Sequence record: DRR378314_1330
Strand: one strand, 5' to 3'
DNA: 36,721 nucleotides
Every line of letters starts with the position of its first letter. Position 1 is the first letter of the stretch. Position numbers and translations under genes: made by a program. The notes beneath the pieces were generated by a model. That model saw nothing but the letters and a program-made list of their open reading frames with translations, made no database searches and was not told the DNA's origin. Shown here piece by piece: positions 1-9,452 of this stretch.

Positions 1-33
<33 letters not shown>

Positions 34-149
34 CCTGCAAATTCAGCGAATTTCTGTCGTTATCGTCATTCCTGAACCTTGCCTGAATACACGCGCCATC
101 TGGTGCACATAAACGTGACTATGTGCCCCGAAGATGCCCCAATCCGGTC

Positions 150-177
150 CTTGAACCGGAACCTTTGTTCCCCACCT
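150..177 (+). promoter_or_regulatory. Putative RpoH (sigma32) promoter for the DUF1150-like gene
   Basis: CTTG(AA) at 150, 17-nt spacer, CCCACCT at 171-177. Fits the alphaproteobacterial RpoH consensus CTTG-N17-CCYAYNT. Confidence 0.55.
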
Positions 178-250
178 TTATTATGAACAGTGGAACACAT
201 GCTTCCCGCGTTCGGCATGTCTGTCTCTTGTGACGGAAAGGATTGGAACG

Positions 251-490
251 ATGACTACAGACCTGAAAACGAACCCGTTTGAAAGCGACGCCTTCGTGTA
301 TATCCGCCATCTTGATGCCGGAGAGCTTTCGGGAATTCTTCCCGAGAATGCGATTGATCAGATCGACGAACCCGACGATTTGTTCGTTGTGGCGTCGGCC
401 GACGGCGTGCGCCTGGCTGTGGTACAAGGCCGCGAAGCCGCCTTTGCCGCTGCCCGGTCTCACGATCTGAAGCCGCTCAGCGTACACTGA
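251..490 (+). CDS. DUF1150-family small protein
   Basis: ATG at 251 after AAAGGA. FVYIRH...LFVVASADGVRLAVVQGREAAFAAARSHDLKPLSVH is the typical DUF1150 pattern, ending in SVH. Confidence 0.85.
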   Translation: MTTDLKTNPFESDAFVYIRHLDAGELSGILPENAIDQIDEPDDLFVVASADGVRLAVVQGREAAFAAARSHDLKPLSVH

Positions 491-515
491 TACGCTTTCA
501 AACAGGCCCCATTGG

Positions 516-550
516 AAATCCCCTTCGAACTCGGTTCGGAGGGGTTTTTT
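516..550 (+). terminator. Rho-independent terminator
   Basis: CCCCTTCGAAC-TCG-GTTCGGAGGGG stem followed by TTTTTT. Confidence 0.85.
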
Positions 551-653
551 CTGATCCAGCTTGTTGCGCCTGCAGGAACCAGCCATCCGGCCTTGCCCTT
601 GGGGGGGCGCAGGCATAGGGTGCGCGCGTTTTCACCCCCCGGACCCCCACACT

Positions 654-1880
654 ATGCCCGATACACACACATCCGACCTGCCCGTGACCCTGGACGATAT
701 CAAAGCTGCCGCTGAAGTGCTGGATGGCCAGATCGTTCATACGCCGATGAACAAGTCACGGACGCTGTCGAGCATTACGGGCGCAGAAGTCTGGGTGAAG
801 TTCGAGAACCAGCAATTTACCGCTGCGTTCAAGGAACGCGGCGCTTTGAACCGGCTGTCGAAACTTACGGATGACCAGAAGAAGCGCGGGGTTATCGCCG
901 CTTCCGCCGGCAACCATTCGCAGGGCGTCGCCTACCATGCGCGCCGCCTTGGCATTCCGGCCACGATCGTGATGGCCAAGACCACCCCTTTCAGCAAGGT
1001 CGAGCATACCCGCAGTCACGGCGCACGTGTCCTGTTGGAAGGGCTGATCTTCGACGAAGCCAAGAGCTATGCGATGGAAGTGTGTGAGCGGGACAATCTC
1101 ACCTTCCTGCACCCGTTCGACGATCCTGACATCATCGCCGGGCAAGGTACGATTGCGCTGGAAATGCTGGAGGCCAATCCAGATCTCGACACGCTGGTCG
1201 TGCCGATTGGTGGTGGCGGCCTGATCAGCGGCATCGCGATTGCGGCCAAGGCCCTGAAGCCTGAAATCAAGATCATTGGCGTCGAGGCGGCAATGTATCC
1301 CTGCATGCACGCCGCCCTGGGCGGTGAAACGCCAAAAACTGGCGGTGCAACAATCGCTGAGGGCATTGCCGTGAAAGAGGCGGGGGAGCTGACCCGCCAG
1401 ATTTGCGCTGAGCTGGTTGATGACATCGTCCTGGTAGAGGAAGAACATCTGGAGCGCGCCATCACGCTGTATGCGGAGGTCGAGAAAACCATCGCCGAAG
1501 GCGCGGGTGCAGCTGGGCTTGCTGCCCTTCTGGCACACCCCTCGCGCTTTCAGGGCCGCAATGTCGGCCTTGTCCTGTGTGGCGGCAACATCGATACGCG
1601 CTTGCTATCTTCAGTGCTCACACGGGCACTTGTTCGCGAAAACCGCCTGACCTCCATCCGTATCATTGGCGACGATCGGCCCGGCCTCTTGGCGCTTGTT
1701 TCCAAGATCATCGGCGATCAGGGCGCCAACATCATGGAAGTCGCCCACAATCGCATCGCGCTGGATGTACCCGCAAAAGGCGCAGAATTCGATATTCTGA
1801 TCGAAACGCGCGATGCCCAGCACACACAGGAAGTCATCGATGCACTCGCCCAAGCTGGCTATCCGCCACGCTCACTCTGA
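654..1880 (+). CDS. ilvA: Threonine ammonia-lyase (PLP-dependent) with C-terminal ACT domain
   Basis: KFENQQFTAAFKERGA (PLP lysine), SAGNH, PIGGGGL, LCGGN, C-terminal DRPGLL ACT domain. Likely start is the ATG at 654. Confidence 0.93.
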   Translation: MPDTHTSDLPVTLDDIKAAAEVLDGQIVHTPMNKSRTLSSITGAEVWVKFENQQFTAAFKERGALNRLSKLTDDQKKRGVIAASAGNHSQGVAYHARRLGIPATIVMAKTTPFSKVEHTRSHGARVLLEGLIFDEAKSYAMEVCERDNLTFLHPFDDPDIIAGQGTIALEMLEANPDLDTLVVPIGGGGLISGIAIAAKALKPEIKIIGVEAAMYPCMHAALGGETPKTGGATIAEGIAVKEAGELTRQICAELVDDIVLVEEEHLERAITLYAEVEKTIAEGAGAAGLAALLAHPSRFQGRNVGLVLCGGNIDTRLLSSVLTRALVRENRLTSIRIIGDDRPGLLALVSKIIGDQGANIMEVAHNRIALDVPAKGAEFDILIETRDAQHTQEVIDALAQAGYPPRSL

Positions 1881-1961
1881 CCGCTGCGTCAGCTGCCGAG
1901 GTGACTTTGCTGCTTGTCCTGCTTAAACGAGACTGATCCCACCTGATCACTGGAGAGACAC

Positions 1962-2840
1962 ATGATCCGGACTATGCTCGCGGCTCTTACCGCTACAATC
2001 CTCGCCACAGCGTGTAGCAGCGGCACCGATACCGCTGACCTCGACGCAACGTTCGACAAGCATCTGCCCTGGAACTCAGAAAGTGCGGACGTCGAAACTG
2101 GGCTTGCCGGCCTCGAATATATCGTCCTGAAGGAAGGACCAGAGGACGGCGCGAGCCCTGTGCCAACCGATATGGTCCGTGTCCACTATGAAGGTCGTAC
2201 CGCGGACGGCGAGAAATTCGACTCCTCCTATGATCGCGGATCTCCCTCAATGTTTCGCCTGAATCAGGTGATTCCGGGCTGGACGCAGGGGCTCCAATTG
2301 ATGAGCGAGGGCGACACCTACCTCTTCTATATTCCAAACGCTCTCGCCTATGGAAATTCCAATCGCGGCGACGTCATCAAGGCGGGCGACGATCTCGTTT
2401 TCCAAGTGGAGCTGGTTGAAGTGATGGAGCCGAAATCGGCTGATGCGGAAGCCTGGGAGAAATACACGCCGTGGAATTCGGACCTTCCGGAAGTCCAGAA
2501 AACTGAGTCCGGACTGCAATATGTTGTTCTGGAAAGCGGCGATGCATCTGGTGCCAGCCCCGTAAACGGACAAATGGTTGCTGTCTATTATGAAGGCCGG
2601 CTCGCAGAGAACGGCGAAATGTTCGACAGCGCCTTCCAGCGGGGTCAGCCGGAACTCTTTCCCTCAGACCGCCTGATCCCGGGCTGGGTCGAAGCGCTTG
2701 CCATGATGAAGCCGGGAGATCGCTGGCTGATGTATATTCCATCGGACATTGCCTATGGTGCCCAAGGCACGCCGGGCGGCCCCATTCCTCCGAATGCGGA
2801 TCTGATGTTCGAAGTCGAACTTCTGGACGTGATGAACTAG
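1962..2840 (+). CDS. Lipoprotein FKBP-type peptidyl-prolyl isomerase with two tandem FKBP domains
   Basis: Lipobox-like ATAC. Two FKBP copies: VHYEG..FDSS..VIPGW..YIP..LAYG and VYYEG..FDSA..LIPGW..YIP..IAYG..IPPNADLMFEVEL. RBS GGAGA. Confidence 0.92.
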   Translation: MIRTMLAALTATILATACSSGTDTADLDATFDKHLPWNSESADVETGLAGLEYIVLKEGPEDGASPVPTDMVRVHYEGRTADGEKFDSSYDRGSPSMFRLNQVIPGWTQGLQLMSEGDTYLFYIPNALAYGNSNRGDVIKAGDDLVFQVELVEVMEPKSADAEAWEKYTPWNSDLPEVQKTESGLQYVVLESGDASGASPVNGQMVAVYYEGRLAENGEMFDSAFQRGQPELFPSDRLIPGWVEALAMMKPGDRWLMYIPSDIAYGAQGTPGGPIPPNADLMFEVELLDVMN

Positions 2841-4459
2841 CGTCTCTTGTACCGGCGTGGAGAGTTCGGCGACGAATCCTTCGCGCTCGGTTCGCCTGCC
2901 TCTTCGGGAAGCAAATCGGCCCTGAAGTAGATTGGCAGGTCCAACGACGTTTGAAACCACGGACGCTGCTGACCATCAGACGCATGCATGACATCGTCAT
3001 TCACCCGGCGCAGCACAGCTTGAATGCTTATCCGGTCTGGCGTCACGACATTCCGGGCAAATGCGTCCGCGAACAATGACGGGGCTTTGCCGTCTGGATG
3101 ATACGTTCCCGGCGCATCCGCATAGGCAACAACGACCCGATCTTTGCCGAAGCTCTCTGAAAAACCGCGATCCTCTCCCTTTTCGCCGCCAAGCGAAAAT
3201 GGCCTGCCGCAGTCGACCAGCATCATGATCGCTTGTGACGACGCTGCTTCCATCTGCGCCACAAGATCAGAAATCCAGATTCCCTGGTCTCGCAACTCAG
3301 ATTCGGACCGGGGGATCGGGCCCTGCGGTAACAGCACATTCTCTCCGTCCAGGGCTGTTCCATATCCTGCGAAATAGACCAACCCGACAGATGCCGGACC
3401 CGCCGCGTCGAGACGCTGAACGAAAAGGTCGACCTGATCCCGGATTTCGCGATCATTTCCGTCTGGGAGATAAACGGTCTCATAACCTGCAGACGCCAGC
3501 GCACTTCGAACAATCTCCCCGTCATGATGGACATTTGGCAGTCTGAGATCTCCGGCATCGGGATAGGAATTTGCAATAACGAGGGCATGCCTGAGTGGAT
3601 AGCGTGACGTCTCGGCGCTCGATTCCGACGGATCCCTGGTCCAGGAACCAATCTTGATGTCGGAAGACCTGCGCTGAAGCCGGGAGAGGTTCATGGGCTC
3701 CTGCCGTTGAAGCGTTTGTTCAAGCACATCCAGACGTACCTGCTCGAACATGTCACGGACAGTGGTCGCAGGCTCATTGAGACGAATGCCAAGAGCCCGT
3801 GCGTAGGGTCCGTTCCCGTCATCGGCACGACCATCGCTTGCCGTCTCCCCTTCCCAGGTTGCGAAGGAGAGAAACATGTTGCGCTCGCCAGCGCCGCCCG
3901 CCGTACGCCTGAGGCCCCGGAAAGCCTCTCCTCCGCCAAGCGAGCGTTGGGCTTCCGGCAGTTTTAACACGTTCCGGCAGGCGTCGATGGCGACAACGCT
4001 TGGAGCTTCCAACGCGTCCAGCCGTTCCATCAGCCAATCCAGTTCCACAGAATCGTCCCAAAGTGCTTCGTTCAGTTCATCTGCTTCCCCTACCGGGATC
4101 AGATAATTGCCGCCGGTCTCTCGCGCTGCGCCGTGTCCGGAATAGTAGAAAAATCCCATGGCCTCAGGCCCGGCGGCCTTCAACTCTGCCACATAATCTC
4201 GGATCGCGCTCATCATGGCAGATCGCCCGGCATTCTGAACGATGTCGCCAGAAACGAGCCGGAACCCGCAATTGCGCACGCCTTCGGCCACCACAGTGGC
4301 GTCATTGATCGGATTGGAAAGCGTTCCGATGCCCTCTGAATAGGACGCATTGCCGATGATCAGCGCAATTCGCTTTTTTGCAGGTGTCTGTTGTGCGCGG
4401 CCGGGCCAAGGCATGGCCGCCGCGCCACCGATCAGCAGCATATGGCGACGTGAGATCAT
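2837..4459 (-). CDS. Caspase-like (peptidase C14) protein with two caspase domains and a Tat signal
   Basis: N-terminal SRRHML plus hydrophobic stretch. Domain 1: RIALIIGNASY..LSNPINDA..YYSGHG..IDACR. Domain 2: RHALVIANSY..LPNVHHDG..YFAGYG..VDCGR..QRPW. Confidence 0.88.
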   Translation of the reverse strand: MISRRHMLLIGGAAAMPWPGRAQQTPAKKRIALIIGNASYSEGIGTLSNPINDATVVAEGVRNCGFRLVSGDIVQNAGRSAMMSAIRDYVAELKAAGPEAMGFFYYSGHGAARETGGNYLIPVGEADELNEALWDDSVELDWLMERLDALEAPSVVAIDACRNVLKLPEAQRSLGGGEAFRGLRRTAGGAGERNMFLSFATWEGETASDGRADDGNGPYARALGIRLNEPATTVRDMFEQVRLDVLEQTLQRQEPMNLSRLQRRSSDIKIGSWTRDPSESSAETSRYPLRHALVIANSYPDAGDLRLPNVHHDGEIVRSALASAGYETVYLPDGNDREIRDQVDLFVQRLDAAGPASVGLVYFAGYGTALDGENVLLPQGPIPRSESELRDQGIWISDLVAQMEAASSQAIMMLVDCGRPFSLGGEKGEDRGFSESFGKDRVVVAYADAPGTYHPDGKAPSLFADAFARNVVTPDRISIQAVLRRVNDDVMHASDGQQRPWFQTSLDLPIYFRADLLPEEAGEPSAKDSSPNSPRRYKRR

Positions 4460-4596
4460 CTTGACCCTCCGACGAAAGCAACGCCCATTTCTTGCCCATG
4501 CAATCCTACCTCGTCAACACAACCCAATCGTATGGGTTGTCATCCCATGAGAGCGCTGACAGGAAGAGCCTCGGAATTACACAAAGGATCGCACAC

Positions 4597-5385
4597 TTGA
4601 CCATTTCCGCCGACCAACTCGCCCGGATTGCCCTCGACGCCGGAAAACTCATCATGGAGATCTATGAAAGTGATTTCGATGTGGACCGGAAAGGCGACGC
4701 CTCTCCGGTAACAGAAGCGGACCAACGTGCCGAAGTCCTGATCCTGAAAGGCTTGGCCGAAGCTGAGCCAAGCCTGCCGGTCGTCGCTGAGGAATCCTTC
4801 AGCGATGGAAAAGTGCCTGAGCACGGTCATCGGTTTGCACTGGTCGATCCGCTGGATGGCACAAAGGAATTCGTGAACAAGAATGGTGAGTTCACCGTAA
4901 ACATCGCAATCATCGAACATGGCCGCCCGGTCATGGGGGTTGTATATGCTCCAGCGCGTGATCGCCTGTTCGTGGCTGAGAGCCACAATTCAGCCTGGCA
5001 GGCCACGGTCGAGCCAGGTGGGGATGTACCAACCGAACGCACCGCATTGAAGATCCGCCCTGCCCCTGAAGCGGGCCTGACAGCTGTCGCCTCAAAATCG
5101 CACCGGTCCGCGGAAACAGATGACTGGCTCGGCAAGTTCGACGTCGCCGAAACCGTCGGGGCCGGTTCGTCGCTGAAATTCTGCCTGATCGCTGCAGGAG
5201 AGGCAGACCTCTACCCTCGCATGGGCCGCACCATGGAATGGGATACAGCGGCAGGTCATTCAGTCGTGGAGGCTGCAGGTGGCCGCGTACTGACAGAAGA
5301 GGCAAAACCTCTTCTCTACGGCAAGAAAGAACGCGGCTACGACAATCCCCATTTCATCGTTTATGGCGATGTCACCCCCGCCTGA
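4597..5385 (+). CDS. cysQ: 3'(2'),5'-bisphosphate nucleotidase
   Basis: SPVTEAD, VAEE, VDPLDGTKEF..GEFTVNIA, GSSLKFC, TMEWDTAAGH. Probable TTG start at 4597 after AAGGA; the ORF track extends to 4492. Confidence 0.93.
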   Translation: MTISADQLARIALDAGKLIMEIYESDFDVDRKGDASPVTEADQRAEVLILKGLAEAEPSLPVVAEESFSDGKVPEHGHRFALVDPLDGTKEFVNKNGEFTVNIAIIEHGRPVMGVVYAPARDRLFVAESHNSAWQATVEPGGDVPTERTALKIRPAPEAGLTAVASKSHRSAETDDWLGKFDVAETVGAGSSLKFCLIAAGEADLYPRMGRTMEWDTAAGHSVVEAAGGRVLTEEAKPLLYGKKERGYDNPHFIVYGDVTPA

Positions 5386-5444
5386 GGCACGATCTCGATT
5401 TTTTCGCCAAGTCCTGCCACAAGCATGTGAGGAGGATGTAGCGT

Positions 5445-6785
5445 ATGGCACGGCAGTACTTTGGAACGGACGGCATTCGTGGCCGGGTAAACGCACACCC
5501 GATGACGGCAGAGACCGCCCTTCGGCTGGCAATTGCGGCTGCCCGGACATTCGCTCCAAATGGCGGGCGTGAAGTGGTCATTGGCCGCGATACCCGTCGG
5601 TCTGGAGAAATGATCGAAGCTGCCCTGATTGCTGGCCTGACCAGTATGGGCCTCAAACCTGTCCTGCTTGGCGTTGTGCCAACACCGAATGTCGCCCTGA
5701 TGACACGGGAAACCGGCGCCGCGCTCGGCCTGATGGTGTCTGCCTCTCACAACAAAGCCGATGACAATGGCGTCAAACTCTTCAGCCCCGAAGGCATCAA
5801 GCTGACGGATGAAACCGAAGAGGCACTTGAATCCGCCATGGCGTCGGCCTTCGAGGGAGAGTATCCCGCTCCTTCCACGGTTTCGACGCCCCACTCACTC
5901 ACCGGCGCCACAACGCTCTATCTGGACCGCTGCCTGCAAGCGGTTGGCACAGACATGGACCTGTCCGCGCTGAAGATTGTGCTGGATTGCGCTCACGGTG
6001 CCGCGTTCGAAGTAGGGCCCGCAGCGCTACGCCAGCTCGGCGCGAACCTGACGATCATTGGCGATCAACCGGACGGTCTGAACATCAATGCTGGTGTTGG
6101 CTCTACCGCAACGGACTTTCTGAAAACGACAGTCGTCGACACCGGGGCTGATATCGGAATCGCATTTGATGGCGATGCCGACCGGGTCATCGTGGTCGAT
6201 GAAACCGGAGAGGAAGTTGACGGCGACCAGGTCATGGCGCTCATCGCTGGCGAATTGCACCGGACCGGAAAGCTGACTGGCGGGGGCATGGTTGCCACTG
6301 TCATGTCGAATATGGGTCTGGCAGAATACCTCAAGGAACTTGATCTGACGCTGGCGCGCACGAAAGTTGGCGACCGCTATGTCGGCGAGCACATGCGCCA
6401 GCACGGTTTCAATCTGGGCGGCGAACAATCCGGGCACATCATTCTGTCGGATGTATCCACCACCGGCGATGGCCTGTTAGCAGCCCTTCAGGTTCTGAAA
6501 ACACTCTCAAACAGCGATCGCCCTGCCTCTGAACTGTTACATGTCTTCGACCCAGCTCCGCAAAAACTGGTCAATATACGTTTCAGCGGATCAAACCCGC
6601 TGGACGCAGACACTGTGAAAGCTGCGCTGTCGGACGCAGACGACATGTTGGGCAAACGCGGACGCATGGTTGTCCGCAAATCCGGCACCGAGCCATTGAT
6701 CCGCGTCATGGCGGAAGCATTGGAAGAAGACCTGATGTTGCGTGCTCTGGCCCATGTGGTCAGCGCGGTAGAAGCAGCCGCCTGA
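5445..6785 (+). CDS. glmM: Phosphoglucosamine mutase
   Basis: YFGTDGIRG, SASHN phosphoserine motif, DGDADR, GGEQSGH, RKSGTEPLIRVMAE. RBS GAGGAGG. Confidence 0.96.
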   Translation: MARQYFGTDGIRGRVNAHPMTAETALRLAIAAARTFAPNGGREVVIGRDTRRSGEMIEAALIAGLTSMGLKPVLLGVVPTPNVALMTRETGAALGLMVSASHNKADDNGVKLFSPEGIKLTDETEEALESAMASAFEGEYPAPSTVSTPHSLTGATTLYLDRCLQAVGTDMDLSALKIVLDCAHGAAFEVGPAALRQLGANLTIIGDQPDGLNINAGVGSTATDFLKTTVVDTGADIGIAFDGDADRVIVVDETGEEVDGDQVMALIAGELHRTGKLTGGGMVATVMSNMGLAEYLKELDLTLARTKVGDRYVGEHMRQHGFNLGGEQSGHIILSDVSTTGDGLLAALQVLKTLSNSDRPASELLHVFDPAPQKLVNIRFSGSNPLDADTVKAALSDADDMLGKRGRMVVRKSGTEPLIRVMAEALEEDLMLRALAHVVSAVEAAA

Positions 6786-6840
6786 TAAGGCTTTGTCAGG
6801 AATTGTCCTCCACACTTTCGGGTGAAATGGGGGGCAGACC

Positions 6841-7725
6841 ATGACGTTTGACGCACGAAGTGGCAGTAAACCGAAAGATGGCAACACGCTGACCTTCGGC
6901 GCGATCACAATCCTTGTCGTCGCCGGCGCCTTCTTTGCGGTGCTGAACCTGCCAAAGAAAAGCGCTTCTGATGGGCCGTTTCCGATTGCTTCCGCTCAAG
7001 TAAATTCGGTCCAGCATGCAGGTCTTGAAGGTAAATCAGCCAAAGCCTTCCTCTCTGCACTTGGGCGAATTGACCCGAATGCACGCGCTGATCTGGACCG
7101 CCGCCTTTCGAAGTCGGATCAGCACGATCATGCCCGAATAGCGCTGGCGGCCGCAGGCAAAGTGCTTAGCCAGCATCAGACCACGCTCGCCAATGCCAAT
7201 ACGCGCCATGTGGACGACTGGCTGGACATGACCCGCGAGGAGTTGCGAAGCGCATCGCGCCGCAATCACCGTTGGTGCTCTGGAAGTCGCTATCAGAACT
7301 TCGACGCGGCCTCCGGATTATCCAGCCAGATGGCCGCAGCTTCAGACCTAGCGGATCTTGGCAGCGAACTGACCGACTATTCATTCGCCTCTATCAGCAT
7401 CGCGTTCGCAGCAATTGAAGATGCGCGAACCAGCCCGGTAAACCACGGAAAGCTCACCCATCAGGATGAATCGGCCCTGCAGGGCGTCGCCATGTCGATC
7501 ATTTCCGATCCGCAGATCATGCCGCTCATGCTCGCCGCGAACTCGGGCGGACCGTCGCCGACCATGCTGGAATCTCTGGATATGTGCGATTTGGGCGTTA
7601 CGGCTGTGACCGCACTGAAAACTCTGCCTCAGGGGACGAAAGGACGTGCTTTCTCGGAATTCGTGAAGTCCGCCGACTTTGGTTCTGGTGATCTCAGCCA
7701 GTTGGGAAAACTATCCCGCCTCTGA
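6841..7725 (+). CDS. Hypothetical protein with N-terminal membrane anchor
   Basis: 294-aa ORF filling the gap between glmM and the next convergent gene. One hydrophobic helix (FGAITILVVAGAFFAVL). No family recognised. Confidence 0.75.
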   Translation: MTFDARSGSKPKDGNTLTFGAITILVVAGAFFAVLNLPKKSASDGPFPIASAQVNSVQHAGLEGKSAKAFLSALGRIDPNARADLDRRLSKSDQHDHARIALAAAGKVLSQHQTTLANANTRHVDDWLDMTREELRSASRRNHRWCSGSRYQNFDAASGLSSQMAAASDLADLGSELTDYSFASISIAFAAIEDARTSPVNHGKLTHQDESALQGVAMSIISDPQIMPLMLAANSGGPSPTMLESLDMCDLGVTAVTALKTLPQGTKGRAFSEFVKSADFGSGDLSQLGKLSRL

Positions 7726-7728
7726 CAA

Positions 7729-8373
7729 TCAACGTCGCGCGATGCCGGATTCTCCAAGCCGCCATTCCAGCACATCTAGCCGATCCTGCCCGAAAAACGC
7801 CTCTCCCTCGAACACCATGAGCGGAACACCCCAATGATGCGGATCCTGGGCCGTCTGGTTTTCGGCGATGACTGCTTCCAGCCGGTCAGCCTCGGCCTCT
7901 TGCCGAACATCCAAATCGGCAAGATCGAATCCAGCTCGCGCCGCCGCATCGGCCAGCGCAGTGCCCTCTGTCCATGCCCCGCCGGACCAGATCAGGGTTG
8001 AAACTTCATCCATGAAAGCCCAGCCCGCATCATCGCCCGCCTCGCAGGCCAGAATGCCGAGCCGTGTCAGACGACCGATATAGGGCTGCTCCGGAGATAT
8101 TTCCCGCGTGACCATATTCATGACCACAGGGTCAGGGTTCAGCGGTCCGAATGGCAGCTCCAGATACTGGGCCAATCGAACAATGTCCCGCACCAGATAC
8201 GGCACCCATTGCGGTCGGATTTCCGAGAAGAATTCAGGCGTTCGTATGGCAATCGGATACACTGGCCGAGGCCGCACGCGCACATCCCATTTCGAGCTGA
8301 GGGCGCGAAGCCGCTTCGTCGCCAGATAGGAATATGGCGACCGAAAAGACCAGAAGTCGTCGACAGTTTTCAT
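7729..8373 (-). CDS. 2-hydroxychromene-2-carboxylate isomerase / kappa-GST (DsbA-like) family protein
   Basis: FWSFRSPYSYLA N-terminal motif and WGVPLMVFEGEAFFGQDR C-terminal motif. Start taken at MKTVD (8373). Confidence 0.88.
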   Translation of the reverse strand: MKTVDDFWSFRSPYSYLATKRLRALSSKWDVRVRPRPVYPIAIRTPEFFSEIRPQWVPYLVRDIVRLAQYLELPFGPLNPDPVVMNMVTREISPEQPYIGRLTRLGILACEAGDDAGWAFMDEVSTLIWSGGAWTEGTALADAAARAGFDLADLDVRQEAEADRLEAVIAENQTAQDPHHWGVPLMVFEGEAFFGQDRLDVLEWRLGESGIARR

Positions 8374-8437
8374 GGCGACACTTTGGCGGCGTATTGATGC
8401 CTTCACAAGAACTGATTTTAGGCCCATCTAATTCGGC

Positions 8438-9394
8438 ATGGGCCTCGATAACTCCTTCCGCCAGTTCATGGACAAATTCCAGATGCCGGACTTTTCCGCG
8501 ATGGACTGGAAAGGCTCAGTTGATCGCCTGCGCCAGCAATTCTTCGTTGCCAGCCGCGCGATTGAGCGAGATGCGCCGGAAATGGCCAATATCTCTCTGG
8601 TCACCCTGCCCGGGCCAGCCGGACCGATGAAAGCCCGCCTGTACACACCGCTGGGTGCGGGAATACCGCCCGGCCCCGGCATCGTCTTCTTTCATGGCGG
8701 CGGATTTGTTCTCGGCGACCTGGACAGTCATGACATGATCTGTCGGCGGCTGGCCGAGGGGGCGAGAGCGCGGGTGATCGCGATCGACTATCGTCTTGCC
8801 CCAGAGCACAAGTTTCCCGCGGCGCATGATGATGCGCTTGCTGCCTGGAATTGGGTCACCACGCATGCCGACGCTTGCGGGGTGGATCCGAACCGGCTCG
8901 CCGTTTGCGGAGACAGCGCAGGTGGGAATCTTTCGGCCTTTCTTGCACAGGAATTACTGCGCACCGGAAAGCCTGGTCCAAAGTTCCAGCTACTGCTTTA
9001 TCCATTGGTGCAGTTCGTGGACATACGAACAAAGAAGATGACCTTCCAGGAAGGTGGCTTCTTCATTTCTGCAAATCTGTTTGAGTATTTTCGCGATGCT
9101 TATATCGGCGAGGATACGCAGCGGATGGATCCGCGTGTCTCTCCCCTGTTCGCTGATCCTGCCTCTTTCAAGGGTCTTCCGCCTGCGCATTTCGTTCTGT
9201 GTGGCTGGGACCCCCTGAAGGATGAGGGGCTCGCCTATGCCGACAAGATGGCGAGCTTTGGCGTGAAGGTCAGCGTGCGGGAGCATCCGGGCATGGTGCA
9301 TGGATTCATGAACATGACTGCCTTGTCCGACACCGTCCGGGACGCGATTCGCGATGCGGGTATCGAAGCTGGCAAGGCGCTCGGTTCGATCTGA
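8438..9394 (+). CDS. Alpha/beta hydrolase, HSL-family (family IV) esterase
   Basis: HGGG oxyanion hole, DYRLAPEH, GDSAG nucleophile, DPLKD and HGF triad motifs. Confidence 0.93.
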   Translation: MGLDNSFRQFMDKFQMPDFSAMDWKGSVDRLRQQFFVASRAIERDAPEMANISLVTLPGPAGPMKARLYTPLGAGIPPGPGIVFFHGGGFVLGDLDSHDMICRRLAEGARARVIAIDYRLAPEHKFPAAHDDALAAWNWVTTHADACGVDPNRLAVCGDSAGGNLSAFLAQELLRTGKPGPKFQLLLYPLVQFVDIRTKKMTFQEGGFFISANLFEYFRDAYIGEDTQRMDPRVSPLFADPASFKGLPPAHFVLCGWDPLKDEGLAYADKMASFGVKVSVREHPGMVHGFMNMTALSDTVRDAIRDAGIEAGKALGSI

Positions 9395-9402
9395 TCACGC
9401 AT

Positions 9403-9432
9403 AAAAAAGGAGGCGATCCGAAGACCGCCTCC
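9403..9432 (-). terminator. Rho-independent terminator of the minus-strand TonB receptor (between convergent genes)
   Basis: GGAGGCG...CGCCTCC stem with AAAAAA on its left, which is a U-tract on the minus strand. Confidence 0.8.
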
Positions 9433-9452
9433 AGTGCTGCATTCGATGGCAA

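Noticed and set aside
561..653. N-terminal extensions in the ORF track (ilvA 561, cysQ 4492, 8427, 24381, 24191, 32150, 35432, 35852)
   Set aside because: The extensions lack family similarity and run through terminator or promoter regions; downstream starts fit RBS position or expected family length better.
2837..4459. Caspase as effector of a CBASS, Thoeris, gasdermin or CRISPR type III system
   Set aside because: No cyclase, TIR, gasdermin, NLR or cas gene is adjacent; the neighbours are FKBP and cysQ, and the protein has an export-like signal.
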